Shown in pieces: positions 9,059 to 19,808 of a stretch of DNA of 64,000 nt. The notes beneath the pieces were generated by a model that ran no database searches, had not been told where the DNA came from, and saw only the letters and a program-made list of their open reading frames with translations. Source of the DNA: Candidatus Ancaeobacter aquaticus (GTDB lineage Bacteria > Auribacterota > Ancaeobacteria > Ancaeobacterales > Ancaeobacteraceae); assembly GCA_030765405.1 (NCBI GenBank), contig JAVCCP010000071.1:8615-72614 (forward strand). Direction: 5' to 3'. Position 1 is the first letter of the stretch; each line of letters begins with the position of its first letter. Made by a program: the position numbers and the translations under genes.

Positions 9059-12000
9059 ATGGCAGATAGCGATTATAAAACTAGTCATAAAGGCCCTCTT
9101 GCGTGGATGGCAGGAAATACTGTAGCCGCAAACCTTCTCATGCTTGTTTTTATTATTGGCGGATTATTATACAGCACAAGAATCAAGCAGGAAGTTTTTC
9201 CGAGCTTTGAACTTGATATGGTGAGTATCTCTGTCCCTTATCCCGGTGCAAGCCCGGAAGAAATTGAAAAAGGGGTTATTTTCTCTGTTGAGGAAGCAGT
9301 AAGAGGACTTGACGGCGTTAAGGAAGTAACATCAAAATCACAAGAAGGTGTCGGCACCGTTAGGGTTGAAATCCTGCTTGGTGAAAACAATCAGAAAATA
9401 CTTCAGGATATAAAACAGGAAGTTGACCGCATAACATCTTTTCCAGAGGAAACTGAAGAGCCCCAAATAACACTTCTTACAATGCGAAGACAAGTGCTTC
9501 AACTTGTATTATATGGTGATACAGATGAAATAACTTTAAGGAAACTCGCTGAAAAAGTCCGGGACGAACTGATTCAGTCTAAGGACATCACGCAAGTTGA
9601 GCTGGGTGCTGTACGCCCGCTTGAAATTAGCATAGAAGTTCCTCAGAGCAACCTCAGAGCATATAATCTTACACTTGATGAAATCGCACGGAAAGTAAAA
9701 CAAACATCAGTTGAACTTCCCGGAGGAGGTATTAAAACAAATAGCGGTGAAATACTCCTCAGGATGAAAGAACGCAGGGATTACGGAAAGGAATTCTCAA
9801 GAATACCGATCGTTACCAGCGCGGAAGGGACCGAAGTTCTGTTAGACGATATAGCGACTATCGTTGACGGATTTGAAGATATCGACAAGTATGCCCTCTA
9901 TAATGGCAAATCATCAGTGCTTGTTAATGTCTATAGAGTAGGGAAACAGACCCCGATACAGGTCTCTGATGCGGTAAAAAAATTCGTTTCTGAGAACGTC
10001 CATCTCATTCCTCCCGGTATTGGGATCGCTGTACAAAATGATTCTTCAGACATCTATCGTCAGCGCCTCAATCTCCTTATTAGAAATGGACGCATAGGTC
10101 TTATTGTCGTTTTTATTATTCTCGCACTGTTCCTTGAAGCCAGGCTCGCGTTTTGGGTAACAATAGGTATACCCATATCATTTTTGGGATCACTTCTTTT
10201 CCTGCCCGTTTTCGGGGTCTCTATCAATATGATTTCTCTATTCGCTTTCATAATCGCACTCGGTATTGTCGTTGATGATGCGATTGTTGTCGGTGAAAAT
10301 ATTTATAAATACCACCAGGATGGGGTGCCCTTCCTAGAGTCCGCTATAAAAGGTGTCCGTGAAGTAGTTATGCCGGTGACATTCAGTATTCTTACTAACA
10401 TCGCTGCTTTCATGCCACTCTTTTTTATACCAGGTGTAACAGGTAAAATCTTTCGAACAATACCAGCTGTTGTTGTCGTGGTGTTTTTAATATCACTTGT
10501 TGAAAGCCTTCTTATTCTTCCCTCTCATTTAGGTCACCAGAAAACAAAACGGGGTAGATTTGGTGCATGGGTCCACGGATATCAGAAACAGTTCAGTGAC
10601 GGTTTTTCGCATTTTATTAAGACGGTTTTTGGTCCATTTCTGGAGAAAGTCATACATAAACGCTACGTAACCATTGCCATTGCAGTAAGTATTCTTATTA
10701 TAACAATCAGCTTCATGACCAGCGGCAGACTTGGCATGACACTTTTCCCGCGTGTTGAATCTGACCTTGCTGTTGCGGGTATAGTTATGCCGTTTGGCTG
10801 TTCTGTAGAAGAAACGGAAAGCGTACAGAAAAAACTCATTACGGCACTCAATGAAGTCGTAGCAGAAAACGGCGGAGAGGAACTGGTGAGCGGAATATTT
10901 TCTGAAATCGGTGCCGCAACAAGTTTAAGCAGTATGCGTGAAAGGCAAAGATCAGGGGCACACCTCTCCCAAATTATTGCGTATCTGACTCCTCCGGATG
11001 TCCGGCCGATAGGAACGGCAAAACTGGTAAAACTCTGGCGCGAACGTGTAGGAGAAATACCGGGTGTTGAATCCCTAACCTTTCAATCGGATGCAGGCGG
11101 ACCCGGGTCAGGATCTTCCCTGAAAATTGAATTAAGCCACTCAGATATAAAAGTTCTGGAAAAGGCAAGCAGTGAACTTGCCGATGCCTTGAGTTATTTC
11201 CCAAAGGTTAAAGACATCGATGACGGTTTTTCCCCGGGAAAACAACAGCTTGATTTTCATCTCTTACCTGAAGCACGAAGCCTGGGATTGAATACTCTTG
11301 ATGTCGCCCGTCAAATACGAAACGCCTTTTACGGTTCCGAAGCATTGCGCCAGCAAAGAGGAAGAAATGAGATTAAAGTAATGGTGCGGCTGCCAAAGTC
11401 AGAGCGTATATCAGAATATAACTGGGAAGAGCTCTTGATATCAACACCAAGCGGCATCGAAATCCCTATACTGGAGGCAATTGACTTTAATCGGGGGAGA
11501 TCCTATACCTCTATTGAACGTCGTGAGGGAAGACGCATCGTAAATGTCAGGGCTGACGTAGAACCAAACAGCCATTCCGGTAAAGTTATTGCGGCACTCA
11601 AGAAAAATACACTCCCAGAACTCACAAGAAAATATCCGGGATTGAATTACAGTTTTGAAGGTAAACAAGCAGATATTGCAGAAAATCTGGGAAGCCTGAA
11701 AATCGGCTTTTTGTTTGCTATGATACTTGTTTACGGGCTACTCGCCATCCCTTTCAGAAGTTACATTCAGCCGGCAATAGTCATGGTCAGTATTCCGTTT
11801 GGCATAATCGGTGCGGTTATAGGTCATTTGATTATGGGATACAGCCTGAGTATCCTGAGCATGTTTGGCATTGTCGCTCTTTCGGGGGTGGTCGTGAACG
11901 ATTCACTTCTTTTAATCAATTTCGCAAATAATGCTCGGGCAGAAGGAAAAACAGCTTTTGAAGCTATAGTGCTTGCCGGAACACGGCGTTTCAGACCGAT

Positions 12001-12220
12001 CATACTCACAACCATCACCACATTCGGCGGTCTCGCACCAATGATATTTGAAACCTCTATGCAGGCACGATTTTTAATACCAATGGCAATCTCTCTCGGA
12101 TACGGCATTCTTTTCGCCACTGGAATAACCTTACTTCTCGTCCCCAGCCTATACATGACGATAGAAGATGTAAAAAAGGCTTTCGGATTACGCATGACAC
12201 ATCATGAGGATCATAATTGA
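9059..12220 (+). CDS. RND efflux permease (AcrB/CzcA superfamily)
   Basis: 1053 aa with 12-TM RND topology. It carries the conserved IALGIVVDDAIVVGENI and GTRRFRPIILTTITTFGGLAPM motifs. Confidence 0.92.
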   Translation: MADSDYKTSHKGPLAWMAGNTVAANLLMLVFIIGGLLYSTRIKQEVFPSFELDMVSISVPYPGASPEEIEKGVIFSVEEAVRGLDGVKEVTSKSQEGVGTVRVEILLGENNQKILQDIKQEVDRITSFPEETEEPQITLLTMRRQVLQLVLYGDTDEITLRKLAEKVRDELIQSKDITQVELGAVRPLEISIEVPQSNLRAYNLTLDEIARKVKQTSVELPGGGIKTNSGEILLRMKERRDYGKEFSRIPIVTSAEGTEVLLDDIATIVDGFEDIDKYALYNGKSSVLVNVYRVGKQTPIQVSDAVKKFVSENVHLIPPGIGIAVQNDSSDIYRQRLNLLIRNGRIGLIVVFIILALFLEARLAFWVTIGIPISFLGSLLFLPVFGVSINMISLFAFIIALGIVVDDAIVVGENIYKYHQDGVPFLESAIKGVREVVMPVTFSILTNIAAFMPLFFIPGVTGKIFRTIPAVVVVVFLISLVESLLILPSHLGHQKTKRGRFGAWVHGYQKQFSDGFSHFIKTVFGPFLEKVIHKRYVTIAIAVSILIITISFMTSGRLGMTLFPRVESDLAVAGIVMPFGCSVEETESVQKKLITALNEVVAENGGEELVSGIFSEIGAATSLSSMRERQRSGAHLSQIIAYLTPPDVRPIGTAKLVKLWRERVGEIPGVESLTFQSDAGGPGSGSSLKIELSHSDIKVLEKASSELADALSYFPKVKDIDDGFSPGKQQLDFHLLPEARSLGLNTLDVARQIRNAFYGSEALRQQRGRNEIKVMVRLPKSERISEYNWEELLISTPSGIEIPILEAIDFNRGRSYTSIERREGRRIVNVRADVEPNSHSGKVIAALKKNTLPELTRKYPGLNYSFEGKQADIAENLGSLKIGFLFAMILVYGLLAIPFRSYIQPAIVMVSIPFGIIGAVIGHLIMGYSLSILSMFGIVALSGVVVNDSLLLINFANNARAEGKTAFEAIVLAGTRRFRPIILTTITTFGGLAPMIFETSMQARFLIPMAISLGYGILFATGITLLLVPSLYMTIEDVKKAFGLRMTHHEDHN

Positions 12221-12223
12221 TAT

Positions 12224-15200
12224 TTACGTGCTTGACTCGACCGCTACCGGAAGTGGCTCAACAATAACTGGTTCTGCCTTGAATTGTGGTATATTTGACA
12301 CATCAATATGATAATTCTTCACAATATATCCTTGATGCTTATCGCTATATACTCTGTTATTATCCCACTGGCCACCTTTATAATTTATTGCAAATGAAAT
12401 AAATTGATTCCCAAACGGTATATCACGCTCAGCGATATAATACCCGCTCTTTTCATCAAACAAGAGTATATCGTCCTGAATATTGTACCACGGTGCATTT
12501 GAAAGAGTACTATCAGCCGTTCCCCACCTAATAACATTCGGAACAACATCCCTGTTTTTCGGATGCACCAAAATTCTAATTTTTTTACTTCCACTGCCAT
12601 CAGTAATAACGCGGAAACGGAAGTAAGGATACTCTGTGATAATACTCTTATTTTCAACATTTGTAGCCCACTGCTTGATATATTCTGCAGCTACTTGTGA
12701 TGCTTCAAGCACATTACTTATGTAAATTGAATTAAGCTGGTATTTTAAAATATCTCCGCTGTTATAAAGATCTACAAGCATCTCAAAAGACTCTAAATAC
12801 GCTTCAGGTGTACTATCACTGGGAATAACAGTATTTCCTGAGCCTTCTTTATAGTTAATCGGCTCACCTTGAATACCAATGAGTCCTTCCCAAAACGGCG
12901 GTGAAAACTGCAGCCCGCAATTTGCTGATACATCGGCCTCAGTATATTCACACGCGCCTGTACGACGTTCAGAATCCTGCACCTGGACATCAGACGCTGC
13001 GAGAAGCGCTATCTGTTCATCAATGCTGAAACTCGGTATAAATATCAGTTTTCCTTTTTTGCCGTTTGTTTCCATTTCACGATTTAATTTATTTGCAAGT
13101 TTTCTCATTTTTCTTCCCATATCCTCACTAGCAGGATACGGCTGCACATTTCCAAATATAACTACCTGAACGCCTTTTCCCAGAAGAACCCTGAGATTTT
13201 CATCAACAAAAGCTCTGTTTCTCCCTCCTTTTTCCGGAACAAATCTGCCCGAATAACTGACAACCATAAGATTAGGATCAATGGGATTAGTATCCGTTAG
13301 TATACCCTCGGCCTTTAATATTTCATTTTTCTTGCCCAGCAATAATTCTCCGAGTTTTCTTTTCGCTTCTTTCTTTACTTCATTGATCTGGAAAGTGGTG
13401 ATACTACGCGCCATTTGATCAAAAGTAGTTTCGGACTGGCTTTTATCGCCGTATTTTTCGTGGTATATATTCCTAAATTGAGTGGTAGAATAATTAAGAT
13501 CGTCTCCGTTTGTTACCCCATAGAGCATCTTTAACATGGGATCATACCCTTGGACCTCATAGGCATGAATACCGCTCACTCCCTTGGTATAATCTGATCC
13601 ACGCAACCCTATGCTTGCCATATCAACTTGTTTCTCACTATTTACCATAAGCCAATGATACTCACGAGGAATACCCATATTGGTAAAAATGCGTGCCCAC
13701 CAGTCCTGATAAGCACCCTTAAAGCCACGGTTACGATAGGTATGGGTTGTTCCTGACAATAATGTATTGTTAACGATCTGATCAGCAGGATTCTGCACCC
13801 TATCCATTTGAGCCCATGCCGAAAGCAAGAGGGACTGGCTGTCATTCAAATCAACCACCGCACCTTTCCATTTCTTCCCAAGTGTTTCCTTTCGTTTAGC
13901 TTCATTCCACTTAATGAATTTCCATGCGGCTTTCGTAAAAAACTCCGTAAACATATAGTCTTCAACCGCCTCTAAACTGTCACTGTATTCGTAGAGCGTT
14001 TTAACAAAATACGGATCATCTATACCAAGTGATTTTTCAAGGTATTCTTTCTGTTCGCTTGTGAGGTTATCTCTTATCATATAGGTAACCATTTCTTTAC
14101 CATATACGTCACGGACACCTTTATACACCTCTACAACCACATCATCAGTCACTAACCCGTCTTTTCTAAATATAACTTCTAACGGAAATGTATATATTTT
14201 TTCAACTTGCGATAATGGGACCCCGATTGCCAATTTATCAGGATCTGAGTTTGTATAATCAACTTCTCCTAATGTCTCTTTATCTACACGTTTATAACGA
14301 TAATAGGGCTCAACAAACACTACATCAAGCCCAAGCTTCAAAAGGCCTTCTGTATGATACTTCATAACTCTGCCCAGTCCGCCTTTTAAAGCGTGTCCTT
14401 CAGGCGTTACCATGTACACTTTTCTCCCCTTCATATCAGAAAAGTATCGATCAACCCATGTTTCGGCCCATTTTCTCAGTTGCACTTCACTCACACCTTC
14501 TTTAGCAAGATACAATTGTAAATAAAGAGAATATGTAAGCGGGGCAGCGTATAAACTATCACCTTCGTCAAGTGTTTCTATCCATTTCACCAAATCCCGC
14601 TGATCCGCTTGTGAGAGTAATGCAACAGCCTTACTTATTGGATAACGCGCTTCAATAGGAAACTGTTCTTGAAGAGCTGCAGCGTGAGAGAGTTTATCAA
14701 ATATTATCCGTAATTGAGAATAATCATTCTTTTTTCTACATGTATTCAGTGTCCCTGCTATCATTTTTCTGATGTTTTGTATATCAAACGCCCATACAGC
14801 AGCTATAATAGGATCCGTAGCCAAATCATAATATTCTTGATCATCTTTTTTAGCGATATACTTAACGATCCCCTTATCCATAAGTGACATCAAAAGATAG
14901 CCCATGTACCTGTAATCTTTATCCGGATGAGGATCGCGGTTGATCCCGTATTCCTTTAATTTTTTTGCTGTACTTGCAAATAAAAAGTCTTTAGGAAGTT
15001 CATTCTTTGTATCAAAAAATATCGAGCACATAACCTGCATTTCGAGCCAATTGGGTCGGTATGGCTTGCGAGCATCATATACTTCCTGCTTTGGATCGTA
15101 GGGCGGATCAGCTACTGTCGTATATGTTTCCTTATACGTTGCTGTATCTGTATCGTCGCTTGAAATATCAGTTAATCTCGATTTAAATGTGGTCTCTGGG

Positions 15201-15292
15201 GCAAGATACTGATTTGTCACACATATTCCATGTGAAGAACACATGGCAATATAAATCAGTGTAGTTATAAAAAATACAGTATGTTTTCTCAT
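12224..15292 (-). CDS. Signal-peptide-bearing large GT-B fold alpha-glucan enzyme (glycogen synthase / alpha-glucan phosphorylase-like) with a CBM25/53-like C-terminal module
   Basis: N-terminal signal-like sequence MRKHTVFFITTLIYIAMCSSHG. GT5/GT35-like motifs are VTPEGHALKGGLGRV, SGRFVPEKGG and NCGLQFSPPFWEG. The C-terminal ~110 aa carries the GGQWDNN starch-binding-type motif. Confidence 0.5.
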   Translation of the reverse strand: MRKHTVFFITTLIYIAMCSSHGICVTNQYLAPETTFKSRLTDISSDDTDTATYKETYTTVADPPYDPKQEVYDARKPYRPNWLEMQVMCSIFFDTKNELPKDFLFASTAKKLKEYGINRDPHPDKDYRYMGYLLMSLMDKGIVKYIAKKDDQEYYDLATDPIIAAVWAFDIQNIRKMIAGTLNTCRKKNDYSQLRIIFDKLSHAAALQEQFPIEARYPISKAVALLSQADQRDLVKWIETLDEGDSLYAAPLTYSLYLQLYLAKEGVSEVQLRKWAETWVDRYFSDMKGRKVYMVTPEGHALKGGLGRVMKYHTEGLLKLGLDVVFVEPYYRYKRVDKETLGEVDYTNSDPDKLAIGVPLSQVEKIYTFPLEVIFRKDGLVTDDVVVEVYKGVRDVYGKEMVTYMIRDNLTSEQKEYLEKSLGIDDPYFVKTLYEYSDSLEAVEDYMFTEFFTKAAWKFIKWNEAKRKETLGKKWKGAVVDLNDSQSLLLSAWAQMDRVQNPADQIVNNTLLSGTTHTYRNRGFKGAYQDWWARIFTNMGIPREYHWLMVNSEKQVDMASIGLRGSDYTKGVSGIHAYEVQGYDPMLKMLYGVTNGDDLNYSTTQFRNIYHEKYGDKSQSETTFDQMARSITTFQINEVKKEAKRKLGELLLGKKNEILKAEGILTDTNPIDPNLMVVSYSGRFVPEKGGRNRAFVDENLRVLLGKGVQVVIFGNVQPYPASEDMGRKMRKLANKLNREMETNGKKGKLIFIPSFSIDEQIALLAASDVQVQDSERRTGACEYTEADVSANCGLQFSPPFWEGLIGIQGEPINYKEGSGNTVIPSDSTPEAYLESFEMLVDLYNSGDILKYQLNSIYISNVLEASQVAAEYIKQWATNVENKSIITEYPYFRFRVITDGSGSKKIRILVHPKNRDVVPNVIRWGTADSTLSNAPWYNIQDDILLFDEKSGYYIAERDIPFGNQFISFAINYKGGQWDNNRVYSDKHQGYIVKNYHIDVSNIPQFKAEPVIVEPLPVAVESST

Positions 15293-15540
15293 ATTATCCG
15301 TCTCACTGCTCTTATAAACGTTACCCCTATATTATACATGAATTTGTTCACATGTCAATAGGCTGAGACGGAAAAGTACAAATAATTTGGTGCTTTAAGT
15401 AGGTCTTTCTTAGGAAACATGTAGCGTTTCAAAGTATTAAGTCTACGAATAGAAAACTGCCCCAACAAGGATTATAGAGATGTACGAGATTAATTTAATG
15501 GTTACAGCAACCATCTAAACAAAATGATAGGCAATGGGAC

Positions 15541-15579
15541 AAAAAAATTCCCCTCGATAATGAAATCGGGAGGAATTTT
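15541..15579 (-). terminator. Intrinsic terminator after the OMF-MFP pair
   Basis: Stem 15548-15557 / 15566-15575 (10 positions, one mismatch, one G-U) with an 8-nt loop. On the minus strand it is followed by a run of 7 U (15541-15547). Confidence 0.55.
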
Positions 15580-15600
15580 ATATTTAATTTTAAAATAACT

Positions 15601-16761
15601 CTATTCCTGTATATCTACAACTTCAACCTGTGTCTCTGGCTTTAATTTCTCTTTTGCATCAATAACTACCAATTCACCAGGTTTGAGACCTTCATCAATT
15701 TGTGCATTATCAGTTGTTGCATACCCTATTTCTACCTCACGAGGCTCTATTTTGTTCTCTTTACTTATCACATTGACCATGTATCCACCCTCGCCTTTAT
15801 TAAGCGCAGATGTAGGGATAACTATTGTGTCGTCTTTTTCATATACCTTTATGATAACCCTAGCAAACATACCCGGAAGTAGTAATATATCAGGATTAGG
15901 TACCTTGGCCTTTACCGTTAGTGTTCTACTCCCCTGAACTGTTGATGCAATACTGTAGACCTCACCGGTAAATTCCCTATCAGGATACGCATCTACCGTA
16001 ACATGTACCGGCAAACCTTGTTTTATCTTCTCAACATCTTTTTCAATAATACCCATCTCAATCAAAACATCTTTGACTTCAATCAAGCTGGCAACCTTCA
16101 CTGAGCTCGTCACGTATTCACCAGGTTCAATGTCTTTTGAACCAAGAATACCGTCACGATTAGCATGAAGATATGTCTTCTCAAGCTCCTGATTTGATGA
16201 CTCCAACTCTATACGTGCAGCATCAAGCGCTTGTTTAGCTCTGTCATATTCAAGTTTTATCTCATCAAGCTTCAATTTTACTATAGCATTTGCTTTGTAG
16301 AGCTTTTCATGTATTTCAACTTTTTTACCAGCAGATAAAAGATTCGTCTTCGCGGTATCAAGTTTCGACTTTCTAAATTGAATTTTCAAATCAGCGTCAC
16401 TATGCCCCAACTCAGCAATTATCTGACCTTTTTTAACGAGATCACCTTCTCTAAAATTAAAATCTTTTACACGTCCTGCTGTTTCAAAACGCATATTAAC
16501 AGTACTCGATCCTCTCACTGTACCAATGTTAGGAAGATTATCCGCATAGTTTTGTTTTGATGTTTTATACGCCTTTACGCGAGGCAATTCACGCTCTTGT
16601 GGAGCCTTCTTTTTCTCAGCTTGTTCTTTCTTAGCCAGCTTTTCTTTTTCTTTTGAAGATTGGAAAAAACCACTTTTATTGACAACAAACATTATGGTCA
16701 AAAAAACAATGATAATACCTATTACTATTGGCACTTTATTTGTCTTTTTTGCCTGTTTCAT
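15601..16761 (-). CDS. Efflux periplasmic adaptor subunit (HlyD/MFP family)
   Basis: N-terminal transmembrane anchor, Lys/Glu-rich linker, lipoyl-like domain, coiled coil and barrel pattern (GQIIAELG..., PGMFARVII). Confidence 0.85.
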   Translation of the reverse strand: MKQAKKTNKVPIVIGIIIVFLTIMFVVNKSGFFQSSKEKEKLAKKEQAEKKKAPQERELPRVKAYKTSKQNYADNLPNIGTVRGSSTVNMRFETAGRVKDFNFREGDLVKKGQIIAELGHSDADLKIQFRKSKLDTAKTNLLSAGKKVEIHEKLYKANAIVKLKLDEIKLEYDRAKQALDAARIELESSNQELEKTYLHANRDGILGSKDIEPGEYVTSSVKVASLIEVKDVLIEMGIIEKDVEKIKQGLPVHVTVDAYPDREFTGEVYSIASTVQGSRTLTVKAKVPNPDILLLPGMFARVIIKVYEKDDTIVIPTSALNKGEGGYMVNVISKENKIEPREVEIGYATTDNAQIDEGLKPGELVVIDAKEKLKPETQVEVVDIQE

Positions 16762-16852
16762 AACAATCTTTCTTTAAATTACAAAATTAAGCGGGGTTTT
16801 TATAACCCCGCTTAATTAGTTTACATTACTACACAATTATCTACATTACAAA

Positions 16853-19291
16853 CTAACGTGAACCACCTTGGAACAACTGCTTTACCATATCGCGGGTAAC
16901 AAGATCTTCTGCATTAGGTTGAAACGGCTTCTGATCAGCTGCACTCTTGAATGGTGAGTTACTGAGCGATCTATGGCTGACAGAATCGAACTTCCACACC
17001 TGCCACCATTTTTTCTGTGTAGCGCGTGGAGCTGTAGCTTTGCCTTTTGCCCACGGCATCCACCACATATTCTTTGGCTTGACAATGCCAGTCTTTGTGT
17101 CTTTTTCCCATGTTTCCCACCAACGATCTTTGAGTGTTGCCTGGGTTGTACCGTCTTTTTCCCAGATATCCCACCATTTTTCGTCAGGTTTAACAGACTG
17201 AACGATTTTTTCTGCTCTAGAAAGTTCCGCAGCATAATTGCTGATATTATTTTTAGATCGTACAAGTTTTCTTCTCGAAATATTTTGATCGATAAGTGAC
17301 TCTTCTATCTTACCTGATAATGGATCAAAATATCCTGTTACACCAACTGCTTTATTGATCTTACAAATCGAGATGAAATAGTTCATTGATGCTCTATTAA
17401 AACCAGTCTTGTGACCATTTGAGCGAATTTTTGAACGTAAAACATCCGCTAATTTTGCTTGGTTGAGATCGTACTGTGATTTAGCAATCTTTACTTCTTC
17501 ATCACCAAGTCTCACTTTTCCCAAAAACCCATCAAGATTAAGTTTTGCTTTTTGATAATCAAAATATGATTTCTTAACCTCAAAATCGATAGATTTCTTT
17601 GCTTTATACATTGCTTCAAGAGCTTTATGATACGCAATTTGAGCTTGCACTACACTCATTGTTGCAAAATTATCAAAAAGTCTTAAAGTTGTGGTAATAC
17701 TTTCAAAACGGTTAGAGGTTGTCTGACCAGCTGATGGAGCTTTGTCCTGATTAATGAATGATTCCTCTAACGTGTGCGGCCCAATAGGAAGACTGGCTTT
17801 AAGCCCGATAAAATATTCTTTTAACATATCAAGCTTTGTTCCATAATTTGCTTCCCTTTTGAGTCCATATGCACCAGTAAGGTCAACTTTTAAACGCCCC
17901 TTACTCTTTGAAATTTCAACACCATATTTATAGAACTGCACCATAAGTTCTTTGATATAGAAATCTGAGCGGTTGTTATATGCAAGTTTCAAGCAATCAT
18001 CTAAATTAATTACAAATGATTCATATTCGCTCTTGGTCAGTCTCTGTACCGGAGCAATATCGAATACTGTTTCAGAATCAATATTAAGAAGATGTGCTAA
18101 TGTCATTTTTGCAAGTTCTAAGTCGTGCTGAGCGCTTCTCTCTTTAAAAGAAACGTCATCATGCTGTGACTGGATATTTAAAACGTCAACATCCCTCGCA
18201 GTACCAATCTTCTTCTGGTTTACGATCGCATCTAAGTCACCTTTTGCAGTAACATGCATTGTTTCATGGCTTTTAAGATTTGCTTTCGCATTTGCCATTT
18301 GGAAGTATGCCTGCTCAACTTCAAATGTAAAATCGTCTTTAACTTTATCATAATTTTTCACTGAAACAGCCAAGCTGATCTTTGACTGACGCACCGTATT
18401 AATGAGTCGTCCACCTTGATATATCGGCTGTTGTAATTCAACTGCGAATTCTCGACCACGGAAATTTTGACCTCCAGGAACAGAACCTTCGATCTCTTCT
18501 TCTTTTAAGCTTGCGCTTGGGAAGAGACCTCTTTTTGCCTGAGATACTTTCATCTTAGCAAGAAGGACTTCTTCAAGAGCCACACGCATCGGCTTATGAT
18601 TTGCAAGTGCTATCGTAACACAATCCTTTATTGTAAGCATTGTATAATCAGCCTTTGCCTGAGGAGCAAGAGGAGCTGTTATCACCTCAGCCTTAATTTC
18701 TGGTGTCATCGGTGCAGCAACCATCAGTCCTGGGATTTCCATAATGCCAGGAGAAACGGCTTTTGGCATTTCAACTGCAATCTCATCAGATATCATCTGC
18801 GGAGCTTTCTTTGCTTCTGCTCTTTCTATATATCTTAATGCTTTTTTATTTGCAGGATCACTTTCAAGTACGTTGTTCCATGAAGATATCGCCATGTCAT
18901 AATCGCCATCACGATAATATTTTTTACCTTCATTTAATAATCGCACTACATCCGTCTGATCTTCAACAACAACCGGAGCGGCTGCAATAGGAACCATTTC
19001 AGGTTTTTCTTTTTCAACTTCAACAATAATTTGTTCTTCTATAATAAGCGCTTCACCTTTTGCTGCGTCTCTTTCTGCTACAATATCAGATGCATACTCT
19101 TCTGCAGCAGCTTCAGCATCTGCCTTGTCTTCCGCTGATGAAGCTTCAGTACCATAAATTTCTTCTACCTCATAGCCTTCAATATCATAGTCTGCTGTCA
19201 TACCATTAAGTGACAAACTGAACACAGTTACTGATGCGACCATGAATGACAATACGACAAACCTGACTTTTCCCAGTTCCCTCAGATTCAT
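16853..19291 (-). CDS. TolC-like outer-membrane efflux protein with an acidic/TPR-like N-terminal extension and a Trp-rich repeat tail
   Basis: 812 aa with a signal peptide. The central ~450 aa shows the TolC/OEP repeat pattern. The C-terminus has four WWxxW repeats (see findings). Confidence 0.75.
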   Translation of the reverse strand: MNLRELGKVRFVVLSFMVASVTVFSLSLNGMTADYDIEGYEVEEIYGTEASSAEDKADAEAAAEEYASDIVAERDAAKGEALIIEEQIIVEVEKEKPEMVPIAAAPVVVEDQTDVVRLLNEGKKYYRDGDYDMAISSWNNVLESDPANKKALRYIERAEAKKAPQMISDEIAVEMPKAVSPGIMEIPGLMVAAPMTPEIKAEVITAPLAPQAKADYTMLTIKDCVTIALANHKPMRVALEEVLLAKMKVSQAKRGLFPSASLKEEEIEGSVPGGQNFRGREFAVELQQPIYQGGRLINTVRQSKISLAVSVKNYDKVKDDFTFEVEQAYFQMANAKANLKSHETMHVTAKGDLDAIVNQKKIGTARDVDVLNIQSQHDDVSFKERSAQHDLELAKMTLAHLLNIDSETVFDIAPVQRLTKSEYESFVINLDDCLKLAYNNRSDFYIKELMVQFYKYGVEISKSKGRLKVDLTGAYGLKREANYGTKLDMLKEYFIGLKASLPIGPHTLEESFINQDKAPSAGQTTSNRFESITTTLRLFDNFATMSVVQAQIAYHKALEAMYKAKKSIDFEVKKSYFDYQKAKLNLDGFLGKVRLGDEEVKIAKSQYDLNQAKLADVLRSKIRSNGHKTGFNRASMNYFISICKINKAVGVTGYFDPLSGKIEESLIDQNISRRKLVRSKNNISNYAAELSRAEKIVQSVKPDEKWWDIWEKDGTTQATLKDRWWETWEKDTKTGIVKPKNMWWMPWAKGKATAPRATQKKWWQVWKFDSVSHRSLSNSPFKSAADQKPFQPNAEDLVTRDMVKQLFQGGSR

Positions 19292-19717
19292 TCATCTCCT
19301 CCTTTCAAATATTGGAAGTCTTTTGTCTTTCTTTATAGATACAATTATCCTAATACAAATTAATTTGGGAATATCTTACATTACTCAGAAAATTTGTCAA
19401 TATTTTTTTATTTAAAAATAATTCATTTAAACCATAGCGGTACTATTTCTTAAATATTACGTTCTTACGCACTACACATCTACATTCATTAACGATCAGA
19501 TAAAAAATATTTGTTATATATTTTTATCTATACATTCTTTTTATTCGCACACATAGGTTAATAAGATTGACAAGGAATTTACATGTATGTGGATAAATTT
19601 ATTTTCAGATTTTGAATTTATTATTTGTTTAGAGTTTAGGATTTTCTTTAGGGTCTGTAGTCTGTGTAAGTGGTTCGTTGCATATCACTGTATAGTGTTT
19701 TTTCTCTTTATTTTTTC

Positions 19718-19746
19718 TTGACAGGCACAATATATAGTACTACTAT
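19718..19746 (+). promoter_or_regulatory. Candidate sigma70 promoter of smc
   Basis: TTGACA at 19718-19723, an exact 17-nt spacer, and TACTAT at 19741-19746, 62 nt upstream of the smc ATG. Confidence 0.45.
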
Positions 19747-19808
19747 CTTTCAAAAGAAAATTTATTCGTGACTTTTAAGCTAACCCGTAAAATAACGACT
19801 ATATAACA

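Noticed and set aside
19588-19596. Perfect DnaA box (TGTGGATAA, complement of TTATCCACA) inside the 517-nt AT-rich smc upstream region; possible oriC?
   Set aside because: There is only one consensus box, no cluster, no dnaA/dnaN/gidA-type neighbours and no obvious AT-rich 13-mer array. This is insufficient for an origin and may be chance or a single regulatory site.
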